Of a stretch of 64,000 bases of DNA, positions 1 to 10,826 are shown piece by piece (the first letter of the stretch is position 1; every line of letters begins with the position of its first letter). Source of the DNA: Camelus dromedarius (Eukaryota); the NCBI RefSeq assembly GCF_036321535.1, contig NC_087436.1:45262001-45326000 (forward strand), written 5' to 3'. The position numbers were made by a program, and so were the translations under genes. Under the pieces are notes generated by a model. It saw only the letters and a program-made list of their open reading frames with translations, was not told the origin of the DNA and searched no databases.

Positions 1-2800
1 CAATTTCTCCATATCCTTGCCAACAGTTGTTATTGTCTGTCTTTTTTTATTATTACCATCCTGGTGGGTGTGAAGTGGTATCACATCATGGTTTTAATTT
101 GCATTTCATAATGGCTTAAGATGTTGAGCATCTTTTCATGTGCTTATTGTGTATTTATGTATCTTTGGAGGGATGTCTTTAAATCATTTGCCCGTTTTTT
201 TTAATGGGGTCATTTGTTTTTTTATTATTGAGTTGTCAGAGTTCTTTATATATTCTGCATGCCAGTCCCTAATCGTATATTTGATTTACAGATATTTTCT
301 TCCGTATCATGGGTTGTCTTATCACTTTATTAATAGTATCATTTGTAACACTAAAGTTTTAAATTTTGACGTAGTCTAATTTATCTTATTTTTTCTTTTG
401 TTGATTATGCTTTTAGTGTCATGTCTAAGAAATCATTGCTTAATCCAAGATCACAAAGACTTACTTGCATATTTTTTCCCTAGCAGTTTTGAAGTTTTAG
501 CTTCTAGATCTGTGATGCTTTTTGAGTTAAATTTGTATATGGCATAAGAAAATGGTTCTTTTTTTTTTTGCTTGTGGAGCTCCACTTATCCTAGCACCAT
601 TTATTGAAAAGACTTTTTCTCCATTGAATTCTCTTGTCAAAAATCAAATGACCATATATGTAGGTATTTATTTCTGCACTCTCAGTTCTATCCCATTGAT
701 CTGTATGTCTATCTGTATGACAGTAACATTGTATTGATTACGGTCACTGTGTAGTAAGTTTTAAATTTGAGAAGTGTGAGTTCTATAACTTTGTTCTTAT
801 TTTGAAGATTCTTTTGGTTATTCTGTGTTACTTTCATTTCAGTATGAATTTTACGATCAGATTGTCGATTTCTGCAAAAGAAGCAAGGCGAGATTTCAAA
901 GGCATCACGCTGAATCTGTAGATCAGTTTGAGGAGTATTGCCATTTTCACAATATTAAGTCCTCTAGTCTATGAACTGGAGATGTCCATCTATTTAGATC
1001 TTTAAATTTTTCCAACAGTGTTTTATAGTTTTAGGTCTATGAGTCTTAGACTTCTTTTAATTTCACTTTCTTATTTTTCATTACTAGTATATAAAAGTAC
1101 AATTAATTTTTGTATATTGACCTTGTATCCTGCAACCTTGCTGAACTCATTTAGTGGTAATTGTGTGTGTGTGTGTGTGTGCACGCATGTGTGTATATTT
1201 AGGATTTTCTATATGCAAGGTCATGTCATTTGATAATGGAGATCATTTTACTTTTTCCCTTTTCCAATCTGGTTGTCTTCTATTTCTTTTTCTTACCCAA
1301 TTACCATTACAAGAAGCTGCACCTCAATGTTAAGTAAAGTTGCAAATGAGAACATTCTTGTCCTGTTGCTATTCTCAGGGGGAAGGCATTCAGTCTTTTA
1401 CCTATACCTGTGATGTTAGCTGCTGGTGTTTCCTAGGTGCCCTTTATCAGGTTGAGGAAGTTCCCTTCTCTTCCTAAGCTTGTTGAATGTTTTATCATGA
1501 AAAGGTGCTGGATTTTGTCAAATGCTTCTTCTGCACTATAGGGATGACCATGTGGTTTTTGTCCTTATTCTGCCAACATGGTATGTCACAATGATTGATT
1601 TTCCACATATCAAAACATCCTTGCGTTCTTAGATAAATTCCACTTAGCACCTGGTCATGGTGTTTAATGATTTTTCTTTGTTGCTAGATTTGGTTTGCTA
1701 GTATTTTGTTGGGTATCTTTGTGTATATGTTCAAAAGGGAGGTTGACCTGTACTTTTGGGGATTTTTTTTCTTGTGATATCTTTGCCTGGTTTTGGTGTT
1801 TGAGTACTAATGACCTCACAGAATGAATTGAGAAGTATTCCCTTGTCTTCTATTTTTGCAAGTTTGTGAAGGATTGATGCTTATTTTTCTTTAAATGTTT
1901 GGTAGAATTCACTAAGGAGCCATCTGCTCCTGGGCTTGGCTTTTTGGGAAGTTTTTTTTATTATTAAATCAACCTTTTTATTTGCTATAGGTCTATTCAG
2001 ATTGTCTGTTTCTTCTTGAGTCAGTTTGATAGCTTGTTTTTTCTTGGAATTTGTTCATTTCATCTAACTCATTTAATTTGTTGACATATGGTTATGCATA
2101 GAGTTCTCTTTAATTCTTTTTTGTCTCTATAAGAGTGGTAGTGATGCCCCCTCATTCATTCCTGATTTTAGTTATTTAAGTCTGCTCACTTTTTTCTTGG
2201 TCAGTGTAGCTAAAGGTTTGTTAATTTTGTTGTTCTCTTCAAAGAACTAAGTTTTGTTTTATTGATTTCTTCTATTATTTTTCTATACTTTCTTTCATGT
2301 ATTTCTTCTCTAACCTTTACTATTTCCTTTCCTCTAGTTGCTTTGCATTTAGTTCTTTTCCTAGTTTCTCAAAGTGGAAACTTAGGCTTGATTTGACAGC
2401 TTTCTTCTTTTTAATACACATGTTCATATCTATGGATTTCCCTCTGAGAACTATTTTTGCTGCTTCTCATAACTTTTAGCCTGTTGTGTGTTTGCTTTCA
2501 TTCATTTCAAGGTGTTTTCTAATTTCTCTTGTGATTTCTCATTTGATTCATTGGTTATTTAGGAATATGTTGTTTAATTTCTGTTTTCTTATGAATTCCC
2601 CAAATTTCCTTTTGTTTTTGATTTCTAATGTAATCACACTGTAGTTGGAGAACAAACTTTGAATGATTTCAATTCCTTTAAAATTACTGAGGCTTGTTTT
2701 ATGTCTTAACATATGGTCAGTCCTGGAAAATCATTGCTTATTTATTTGAGAAAAATGTGTATTAAACCGTTATTGGATGTAGTGTTCTATACATTTGTTA
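1..2800 (-). mobile_element. Old LINE-1 (L1M) ORF2 fragment
   Basis: Long T-rich antisense L1 ORF2 sequence (e.g. gtgaagtggtatcac..ggttttaatttgcatttc; aaatgtttggtagaattcac); many stops; contains (TG)n at ~1162-1181. Confidence 0.9.
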
Positions 2801-3809
2801 GGAGCATTCTCTTTTAATAATGGTCATTTTTGATATAGGAAAGGAAATATTAGACTAAGAAAAATAAAAAGAGCAACACTTTGAGAGGAACACTGACTAT
2901 GTAAATTACATGTATAGGAAATAAGGAAAGAATGAGTACTCCCTAAAAACTGTGTTGCTTTCATCCCTGCCTCTGGACCTTATCCCTTCTTAGATTATAA
3001 AATCATATTATTATAATTAGATAAGTATGTATCATTACAGAAAAATGCAAGCATTCAGGGGTACAGAATGAGGCTTTGGAGCTGGCAACCTTTTTCCTTC
3101 TCATAGAAAAGTAACACACTATAAATTTTTTCTTAATTAAATTGATACCTGTCATAAAAATTAAAACTCTCCCTGGGCATTTTAAAATACATAATATAAT
3201 ATGATATATGGTTGAGTTAACAAACTAATATACTTTAGACTAGGTGCTTTATTCTGTTTCATTAAAAAATATTTTTTTCTTCATGTAGTTTAGCTTCTTC
3301 CCTCAGTGTCTAGACTCAGTTTATCTGGGATGGGGGAGAAAACAGGGTTCTTTTAGTTGTTTTTCACACAATCTTGGAAGTTCAATGGTTGATTGCCTTT
3401 GTTTTGATGATAGTGAATATAACATTGCTCTCGGTTACTAGGGCTATCATTTAATTTTTTATCTCTCAGTTTTCAAATGAAGAAAAACAAATTGTCTGTT
3501 TTCCCCCATGGGAATATTAGAAAACAAATTAGAAAATTCCTTTCATTTACATGCTGATATGTGATGATAATTATGACAATTTTCTTATTGTCCCTTCCTT
3601 TTCAACTAAAGTGCACCCTTCCTTTTTCCTCCCCTCCCTTCTTCCTTCCCATTTCTCTTCCTTCTTCTGTCCTTGTTTCCTTTCTTCCATAATTTTTCCT
3701 TTTTTCTTCTATCCAGTAGCACTTTTTGACCCTTTCTATTAGTCTTAATTTATTTTTCGTAACATTCTCCGCTAGCTATAAAATTATTCCTGGGGGAAAG
3801 TGAAGGAAC

Positions 3810-4480
3810 ACTGTACTGAGGTTATTTTCATTGAAAGTGAGAGAAACTCAATATAAACCAGGTCAAATGTAGAGAATATTTATAGGCTCTTTTTTACTGT
3901 ATCTCATAAGTTTTAGTGTGTTGTATTTTTGCTTTCATTCATCTCAAGGTATTTTCTAATTTTTCTTGTGATTTCTCCGTTGACCTATTGGTTATGTAAG
4001 AGTATGTTGTTTAATTTCTGCCTAACTATGAATTTCCCAAATTTCCTTTTTTTTTTTTTTATTTCTAACATAATTTTATTATGGTTGGAGAACACATCTC
4101 ATATGATTTCAATTCCTTTAAATTTATTGAATTTAGATCTTGGAGATATCTATATACAGGCAGCTAGATTCAGGGGCTCAAATAATGTAGTTAGGATTCT
4201 GTATCCTTCTTTGCTCTACTTATTCCTGTTTGGCTTCTCTCCCTGTTGTAGTAAAATGGCCAAGAACAGCCCCAGGAATCTCCTAGCTTACACCTCCAGC
4301 AGGAAGGGACTTCTTTTCTCTAATATCCATGTGTCATAATCCCAGAATACATTAGTTCACTCTTCTTGGGTCAAGTGGTCACTCCTGAGCTGTGATCATG
4401 GGGATGGGGCACTATGGTGAAAAGGGTGGAAGGTGGGGGAAATGGCACTGTGATTTTTAGTTCTATCAAGATCACATGGA
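3810..4480. mobile_element. MLT1 (MaLR)-like LTR interrupted by a ~240-bp antisense L1 piece (~3895-4135)
   Basis: MLT1-type phrases (gaaagtgagagaaactcaa; gctagattcaggggctcaaataatg; ttgggtcaagtggtcactcctgag) on both sides of L1 sequence. Confidence 0.55.
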
Positions 4481-4737
4481 GTCCTAAAGACAAAAAAAAA
4501 AATGTACTTTAAGAACCAATTTCATCTGTGAGTGAAAATATAAGGATCTTTTGGAATTAGTACTGCAAATTCTTGAATCTCGAAATAGAAGCAATTTTAA
4601 GGAGAGAAACGTCCTTGGCACCGTGGCAGAAAGAAAATTGCCGCCGTCTATTGCAGAGAACACAGGCTTCCTCATGAACCAGTACTAGTCTGTGATTTAG
4701 TTTAGTGAGGCTCCAAAGAGGGAAGACAACTTATACC

Positions 4738-5300
4738 TTTATTGAGATATGGTTCACATACCATAAATTTCACCATTTTAAAGTATTGCAATTCAGTGGG
4801 TTTTAGTACAGTCACAAAGTTGTGCAACCATCACCATTATCCAATTTTAGAACTTTCTTATCACTTCAAAAATAAATCATTAACAGTCACTTTTCATACC
4901 CCCTTCCCAAGCCCCTGGCAACCACTTATTTACTTCCTATCTCTATAGATTTGCCTATTCAGGACATTTTATATAAAAAGAATTATACAATGTGTGGCTT
5001 TTTGTGACTCACTTCTTTCATTTAATATAATGTTTTCAAGGTTCCTCTGTGTTAAAATACACATCATTACATCATTCCTTTTTATGATCAAATAATATTC
5101 CATCGTGCTGTTTTACAGCCTTTTGTTTATCCATTCATCAGTTAATGGACATTTGGGTTATTTCTACTTTTTGGTTGTTATGAATAATGATTCTATGAAC
5201 ATTCATGTATAAGTTTTGTGTAGAAATTTATCTTCAGTTCTCTTGGATGTATTACTAGGAGTGGAATTGCTGAATCATTTGATAACTGTACATTTGAGGC
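4738..5300 (-). mobile_element. LINE-1 3' end (L1MB-like)
   Basis: tttattgagatat..cacataccataaatttcacc..ttgtgcaaccatcacc..ggagtggaattgctg. Confidence 0.85.
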
Positions 5301-5617
5301 ACTGGAGAAGTCAATTTGGATGGTTTATCAATAGTGCATTCTAATATGCCTGCGTATTTCAACACAAAGGAAAACACACTGCTCCAGCTTTTTTTTTTCC
5401 CATTTACCATGGGGAATAATCTGTTCTAAATGCTTGCTTATTATAATTTCTCCCATATTCTAAAAATTGTGAGGGCTGGGGTGGACTCTCTGAGGGCCAA
5501 TCCAGTCTGTCAGTCTGTACCAAGCAAAGGACCAGCTTTGAGCTTTTTTATGAGGACAATGGGCAGAAAGGAATGCAAATGGAAATACAAGTCAAAACAA
5601 AATCAGTAGTTTCACTC

Positions 5618-6135
5618 TGTATCATTCAGGGGTCAGTTCAGGAAATGCAGTAGATATTTCAAGTAGAAAAAGATTTAACACAGGGAATTAGGCACTTAGA
5701 TATCATTTGAAGGGCTGGAGGAATAGCAATTAGAGAGTCAATGCAGGGCTTCTGGTTTTAGGTTGCATATCGTCACCTTTCTGATCTAAAGATCAGACTC
5801 TGCTAATATCATCCAGAAGTGAGGAAACTGTAAGTGTCACAGGAGAGCTTCCCTGCACCACAGAGATGGTAAAAACAGGGTTGTGGAGTTCAGAAGCTGC
5901 CAACTCATATCTACCCTAGAAGCTGCTTTCCTCTGCATTGAAAAGGAAGAACAGTCTCTTCTCTCTTTTCCTTCCAATGCACATCTTTTTGAAGTACATA
6001 TCGTTGGCAGAACCTAAACGGTGTGGACGCCAGGAAGTGCAGTTTTTTAGCATCCCAGCCCTGCAATATCAGAGGGTTGGGACAGAGAAGATGGTAGAAA
6101 TGGTGGCCCAGTGACAATAAACAGTGTCTAGCACA
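5618..6135. mobile_element. Old MaLR/ERVL-type solo LTR
   Basis: Starts tgtatcattcaggggtcagttcagga and ends ..ctagcaca; MLT1-like internal phrases. Confidence 0.5.
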
Positions 6136-6606
6136 TCTTTAAATCAGACAATCTAAGTTACCATTTGACAATAAACATTTCATTTATGTTAAGTGGCAAA
6201 TAATATGTAAGAGCTCTTGGTTTAAAATATAGTCAGTTGCTGAAGTTACCTTCTCACATTTTCCTTGCCCCACTTGTCTCATGCTACTCCATTACCTCCT
6301 TGACTCAATTTTTCTTCCAATTGTCTTCTAAATCCATTCTTGAATCTAGGACAACCAATACCTAAACAAGGTTTGTCATAAAACACATACTTTGTAAATA
6401 TTAGTTATTTAAATGTATGCATGAATGAGTACCTTATCCAGTCTTCTCTGCATTATTACTCCTTTCCCCAAACTTCTTTTCTCTCTCAAAGGTCCTTCAA
6501 TTTCTGTAATTTCAAATGGAATTGCTTTAAGTCAGCAGCATTCTCCTCACCTATTTTTTAGGGTGGCTGAAGAGTGCCTGCAGTATCTATTCGCATTTAA
6601 GGAGAG

Positions 6607-6799
6607 GCATTGATTCTCAACTGTCCTCCTAGAGGACATTTGGCCATGTGTGGAGACATTTGCAGTTGGGGAAGTACACTGGCAACTAGAGAAGAGAGGC
6701 CAGGGATACTGCTGAACATTCTACCATGTGCAGGCTCTCCCTCCACAAAAAGTATTAACAGGCCCCAAAAGTTAATAGTGCTGAGGTTGAGAAACCCTG
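6607..6799. mobile_element. MER20 (hAT-Charlie DNA transposon)
   Basis: ttctcaac..ggacatttggc..ggagacattt..gaggccagggatactgctgaacattcta..gctgaggttgagaaaccctg. Confidence 0.85.
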
Positions 6800-6877
6800 A
6801 GTTAGGGTACAGGAGAAGGAGGGAAAAGGGAAAAGAAATTGAATACAAAAGGAGGGCAGGAGTAAAGTTGAGATCCA

Positions 6878-7197
6878 ACAAGGTTTGGCAAACTTTTTCT
6901 GTAAAGGACCCAGAAAGTAAATATTTTAGACTTTGAGGGCCATAAGACCTCTATTGCAACCACTCAATGCTGCTGTTGTAGCTTCAAAGTAGCTATAATC
7001 AACGTGTAAATGAATGTGAGTGTCGCTGTTCCAATATAATTTTCTTTAATTGGAGACACTGACTTTGGATTTTATGTAATTTTCACATGCCATGAACTAT
7101 TGTTCTTTTGATTTTTTTCCAACCATTTAAAATTATAAAAAGTATTTTTAGCTGCAAGTCTTACAAAGATAAGCAGGGAGAATTTCACTGGCCCCTG
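6878..7197. mobile_element. MER58B-like (hAT-Charlie)
   Basis: ggcaaactttttctgtaaagg..gtaaatattttagactttgagggcca..ttttttccaaccatttaaaa. Confidence 0.85.
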
Positions 7198-7274
7198 ATA
7201 GATAAAGAAGGAAGGGAAAGAACTGGAAATAAATAACTGCAGTAGAGCACCACGTTAGTTTGGTGTTTATATTA

Positions 7275-7665
7275 CACAGGTTAGGCTAGATCATGCTGAA
7301 GTAACAGACAGCCTCAAAATCTCGGTGATACAATAACAAAGGACATTTCTCACTCACAGTGCAGGCGCAGTGTATGCTGGCTACATTCTCCTCCATGTTG
7401 TTTTCATTCTGGAATTCTGGCTAATAGAGCAGCCCCTATCTGGAACATTGCTGGATCCAATGGCAGAAGAAAAGTGGAGAACATTGCAACCCACGTGCTG
7501 ACTCTGCACATTTCTGCCTGAAATCGACACACATCACTTCACTCATGTTTCACCAGCCAAAGCAAGTCACATACTCGTGCTAGACTTCAGTGTGGTGAGA
7601 TAATGGAATTCTTTCCAGGAAGGGGCAGTGACTATTTAGGAACAATAACATAGTCTAAAACATTG
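7275..7665. mobile_element. MLT1-type LTR
   Basis: ggttaggctagatcatgctgaagtaaca..ctcaaaatctcggtg..gccaaagcaagtcacat. Confidence 0.65.
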
Positions 7666-7764
7666 CCTGTCCTTAGTGGTTTCAATAGCTTAAGTTTGGT
7701 TATTCCTGAACCCAACTTTATTTTATTCTCCAAACTGGTGGCTACTAGGAGATATCATAATGGT

Positions 7765-7975
7765 AAAAATAATAACATCTAATGTTTATTGAGTGACTAT
7801 TATTTCCCATATATGCATCCTTTACATTCATTTTTTGCGTTTAATCCTCATAACAACCCATTAAGGTAGTGATTATTTTTATCCCCATCTAATAGATGAG
7901 GAAACTGAACAATAGAGAGATTAAAGGCAAGTAGTTGAAATTCAAACCCAGATCACTTTAATTTTAAAACACATT
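7765..7975 (-). mobile_element. MIR SINE
   Basis: tttaatcctcataacaaccc..atccccat..agatgaggaaactga. Confidence 0.8.
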
Positions 7976-7984
7976 TCTGCTCTA

Positions 7985-8240
7985 ATACAGTAGTTGAAAA
8001 CATAGGTTCTGGTGACAAGCTGGTTAGGTTCAAGTCCTGGCTTATGCCAGATGCTATTTTTATGGCTTTGGCAAGTTCTGTGACTTCTCTGTCTCAGTTT
8101 CTCCGTCTGTAAAATAGAGATAATAACAGTACCTGCCTCATGGGGTTTTTGTAAAGTTTAAGTACTGAAATTGATATATGTGGAGTGCTTGTGTTTAGTA
8201 CAGGGCTTGGTATAAAAAGGGGGTTGCTATTATTATTATT
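7985..8240 (+). mobile_element. MIR SINE
   Basis: ggttcaagtcctggct..ggcaagtt..ctcagtttctccgtctgtaaaatagagataataacagtacct. Confidence 0.8.
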
Positions 8241-8899
8241 TGGCAATGTTTTAGAAAACTCCATTGGTAATCCTGCTCTCCTCCCTTCTGCTCCTTGTTT
8301 ATTCTCAACTCCATTTGAGAATTACTGTTCTAGATTTTTGTTTCCACCTTATGTTTATCTATTTTTGGACTAACACTTCACCAACATGGAGGGTAAACTG
8401 TAGGAATACCATTGCCTTCAACCCGGTTGTGTATCTGTGCTTCCCAGAACTTCCCTGCCTGTCACTTTTATGTTCATAGTTTATTATTTAAACTCCTAGT
8501 TTATATTGATGTAGATGCATAGCAATGATCTGGAATACAGGAATAGACTGCCTAGAGGGAAGGCATTAATTATTTTGGCCCTGCTTCTTGCTACGTGACT
8601 TTACTGATCATTTCTTCCAGTTAATTCTTTAAAGGTGATGGTTTACTGTGGTTTAATTCTGAAGACAGCATGCTGAATTTTTTCCCTTAAAAATCATGAC
8701 ACAACCAAGCATGCACAGTAGTAAACTGTTCTTGGCATAGATCTATCTATTGGTCATCAGCCTTTTAAACACCAGATACTGTTTGAAAGGGCCTGATAGG
8801 CTAGTGGAGTTATAACAAAGTGTGCACAGCTCTTTTTCACATTCATTCCCAGTTTTAGTGCTAAAGTGGAATGAAATGGAGTGACTTGTAGGCAAGTTG

Positions 8900-10682
8900 A
8901 AATCTGTTTTATTTACCATCCCCCTCAAACTTACATTTTTCTTTTAAGAATTTATTTATTACAAAAAGCAGGAGGATAAGCCATCCCACTTCCTTATTTG
9001 TCCACTTGAAACAATACATAGACTTCAAGTGCTGGTTTTGATTGTGGTTAATTTGAAGTTAGGGTGTTAAAACCCATGAGGATAGTGGGTTTTCCTGATG
9101 ATTTATGGTGTTAATGTATATTTTCTTCTGAAGTAATTCAAAAATAACATTTTAAAAGCTTTAGTCTGAAAATTTCTTCTTTTTAAAATCTTTTTTCCCC
9201 TCGGTCTACATTTAAATTTGCCTTTTTGGCTATGTGGATTGAGAAGTGATTAAGAGACAGCATTAGGAAAGTTTACAAAATTTTGGAGTCCTTGATTAGG
9301 GCACATTTTTTGTAAAGTCAAAGCTAAGATTTTGATTGTTCCCATGTGCTTTAATTATTTTCAAACCAATCTTAAATTATCTTATACTTCTGAAAGTCCC
9401 AAATACTTTTAGATTTTCTAGAGACAGCGGATTGGAGCATAGTTTCATTTATCATCTTTTATTCCTACTGGACTCATATTGTGGATCCACTAGGCGTCAA
9501 GTGCCATATTAAACATACTCTTGCCACCAGCTTCTACAGAATTGATGTCTTTAATCAAGTCACGAATATAAATTTGACTAGTGCTTTTCTGCCTGGATTA
9601 GGATCTAAGGGTTTATACAAAAAGTTATATATAAGAAGATATATCCTCAGGTATGCAGAGTCATGTTGGCGACATCCATAGGTTTCCTCATTTTCACACT
9701 TAGATGTCTCTGTTAGTTCATAGCTAAATTCTAATTCCATTTAGTTTTATGGAATAATCAGCTTTCTCCCTTTCCTGACCAGTTTCCAATTATTTAGCCT
9801 TTTTCCTCTAAAATCCATGGAGCAGAGTTAAGCACTATCTTCTCCCTAATTTCATAGCTTATTTGAAGGAGCTTTGTAGGGAATGGAGCACCATGACAGA
9901 GTACCAACCATGAAAAAGGCTAGGTTCTTGAATCTTATTTGCTTCCTGCTAAATTATTTGGAGAATGCTACAGTCATTATTTTTCGAGAGTAAAGTGACA
10001 CTGGGAAACAATGTGGTTTTTTTAAGGTAATCATTCAGATTTATTTTAAAAAGGAGAGGAGAATTCTTTTGTTGGTTTTTATAAGAACAAAGGCAACAGT
10101 CAGGCATTTCTTTGGCTAATTCGTGCAATCCTTGAGTAAAATTTAAGCCCAGGTTACTTTGATAGGATTTAAAGGAGTAAAATATATGTGAATGCAATGA
10201 TATTAAATCTTTGTAATTCTGAATAATAAAATAAAGATTAAGATGGTAATATTGGTCCCTCAAGTACTGGTATTTAAACTTTAAAAATCAATCAAGAGAG
10301 AAGATTAAGTGGTGTTTCTTTGGTACTAAAAATGTAAAGCTAAGACCAAATTGTTCTATTTTCACAGATTTAAGATACAAAGAATGATATTTAAAGACAT
10401 TAAAATGGCTATTAAATTCTCTTCAGTTTGTAAAGAATTTCCTATGAAGTACATTTAGAAGAAATCCCTGAGTACATTAACTACTCAATTGGTATCTTCC
10501 TTCATAAACAAAGAGGAACAATTTAACAGCTTTGCAAGACATATAAACATAGTACTTAGCAAAAGCAGTGTCTATGGATAAGACTTTCTTCATAGTGCTT
10601 GTGAATTAGGCCACCACATATTTAATAGGAGAAACAATAGATTCACAAAATTAAAATATGACATTTGAAACACATTAACCAT
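8900..10682 (-). other. ENPEP: Putative ENPEP 3' UTR (3' end uncertain)
   Basis: AT-rich stretch without recognisable repeats after the stop codon. Minus-strand AATAAA at 10040-10045, 9458-9463, 8951-8960 (overlapping pair) and 8908-8913. Confidence 0.55.
10465..10472 (-). promoter_or_regulatory. miR-125a/b-5p 8mer seed match (CTCAGGGA) in the ENPEP 3' UTR
   Basis: Plus strand tccctgag = mRNA CUCAGGGA, complementary to the miR-125-5p seed CCCUGAG plus A1; ~210 nt after the stop. Confidence 0.7.
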
Positions 10683-10826
10683 TCAAGATAAATCAAAAAA
10701 CCAATCTCTTATGGTGTCTCTGTTTTGCTTTAGCCACTCGATATTGTTTTTCACTGTTTCCAGCACTTGCTCCCTAGGTTTTTCTCCTGCTCCAGCTTCT
10801 GGATATCTTTCGAAAAAGCTCTTTAT
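10683..10826 (-). CDS. ENPEP: ENPEP exon 20, coding part (144 nt including TGA)
   Basis: acag|ATA...; [47 protein letters not shown]. Confidence 0.94.
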   Translation of the reverse strand: MKSFFERYPEAGAGEKPREQVLETVKNNIEWLKQNRDTIRDWFFDLS

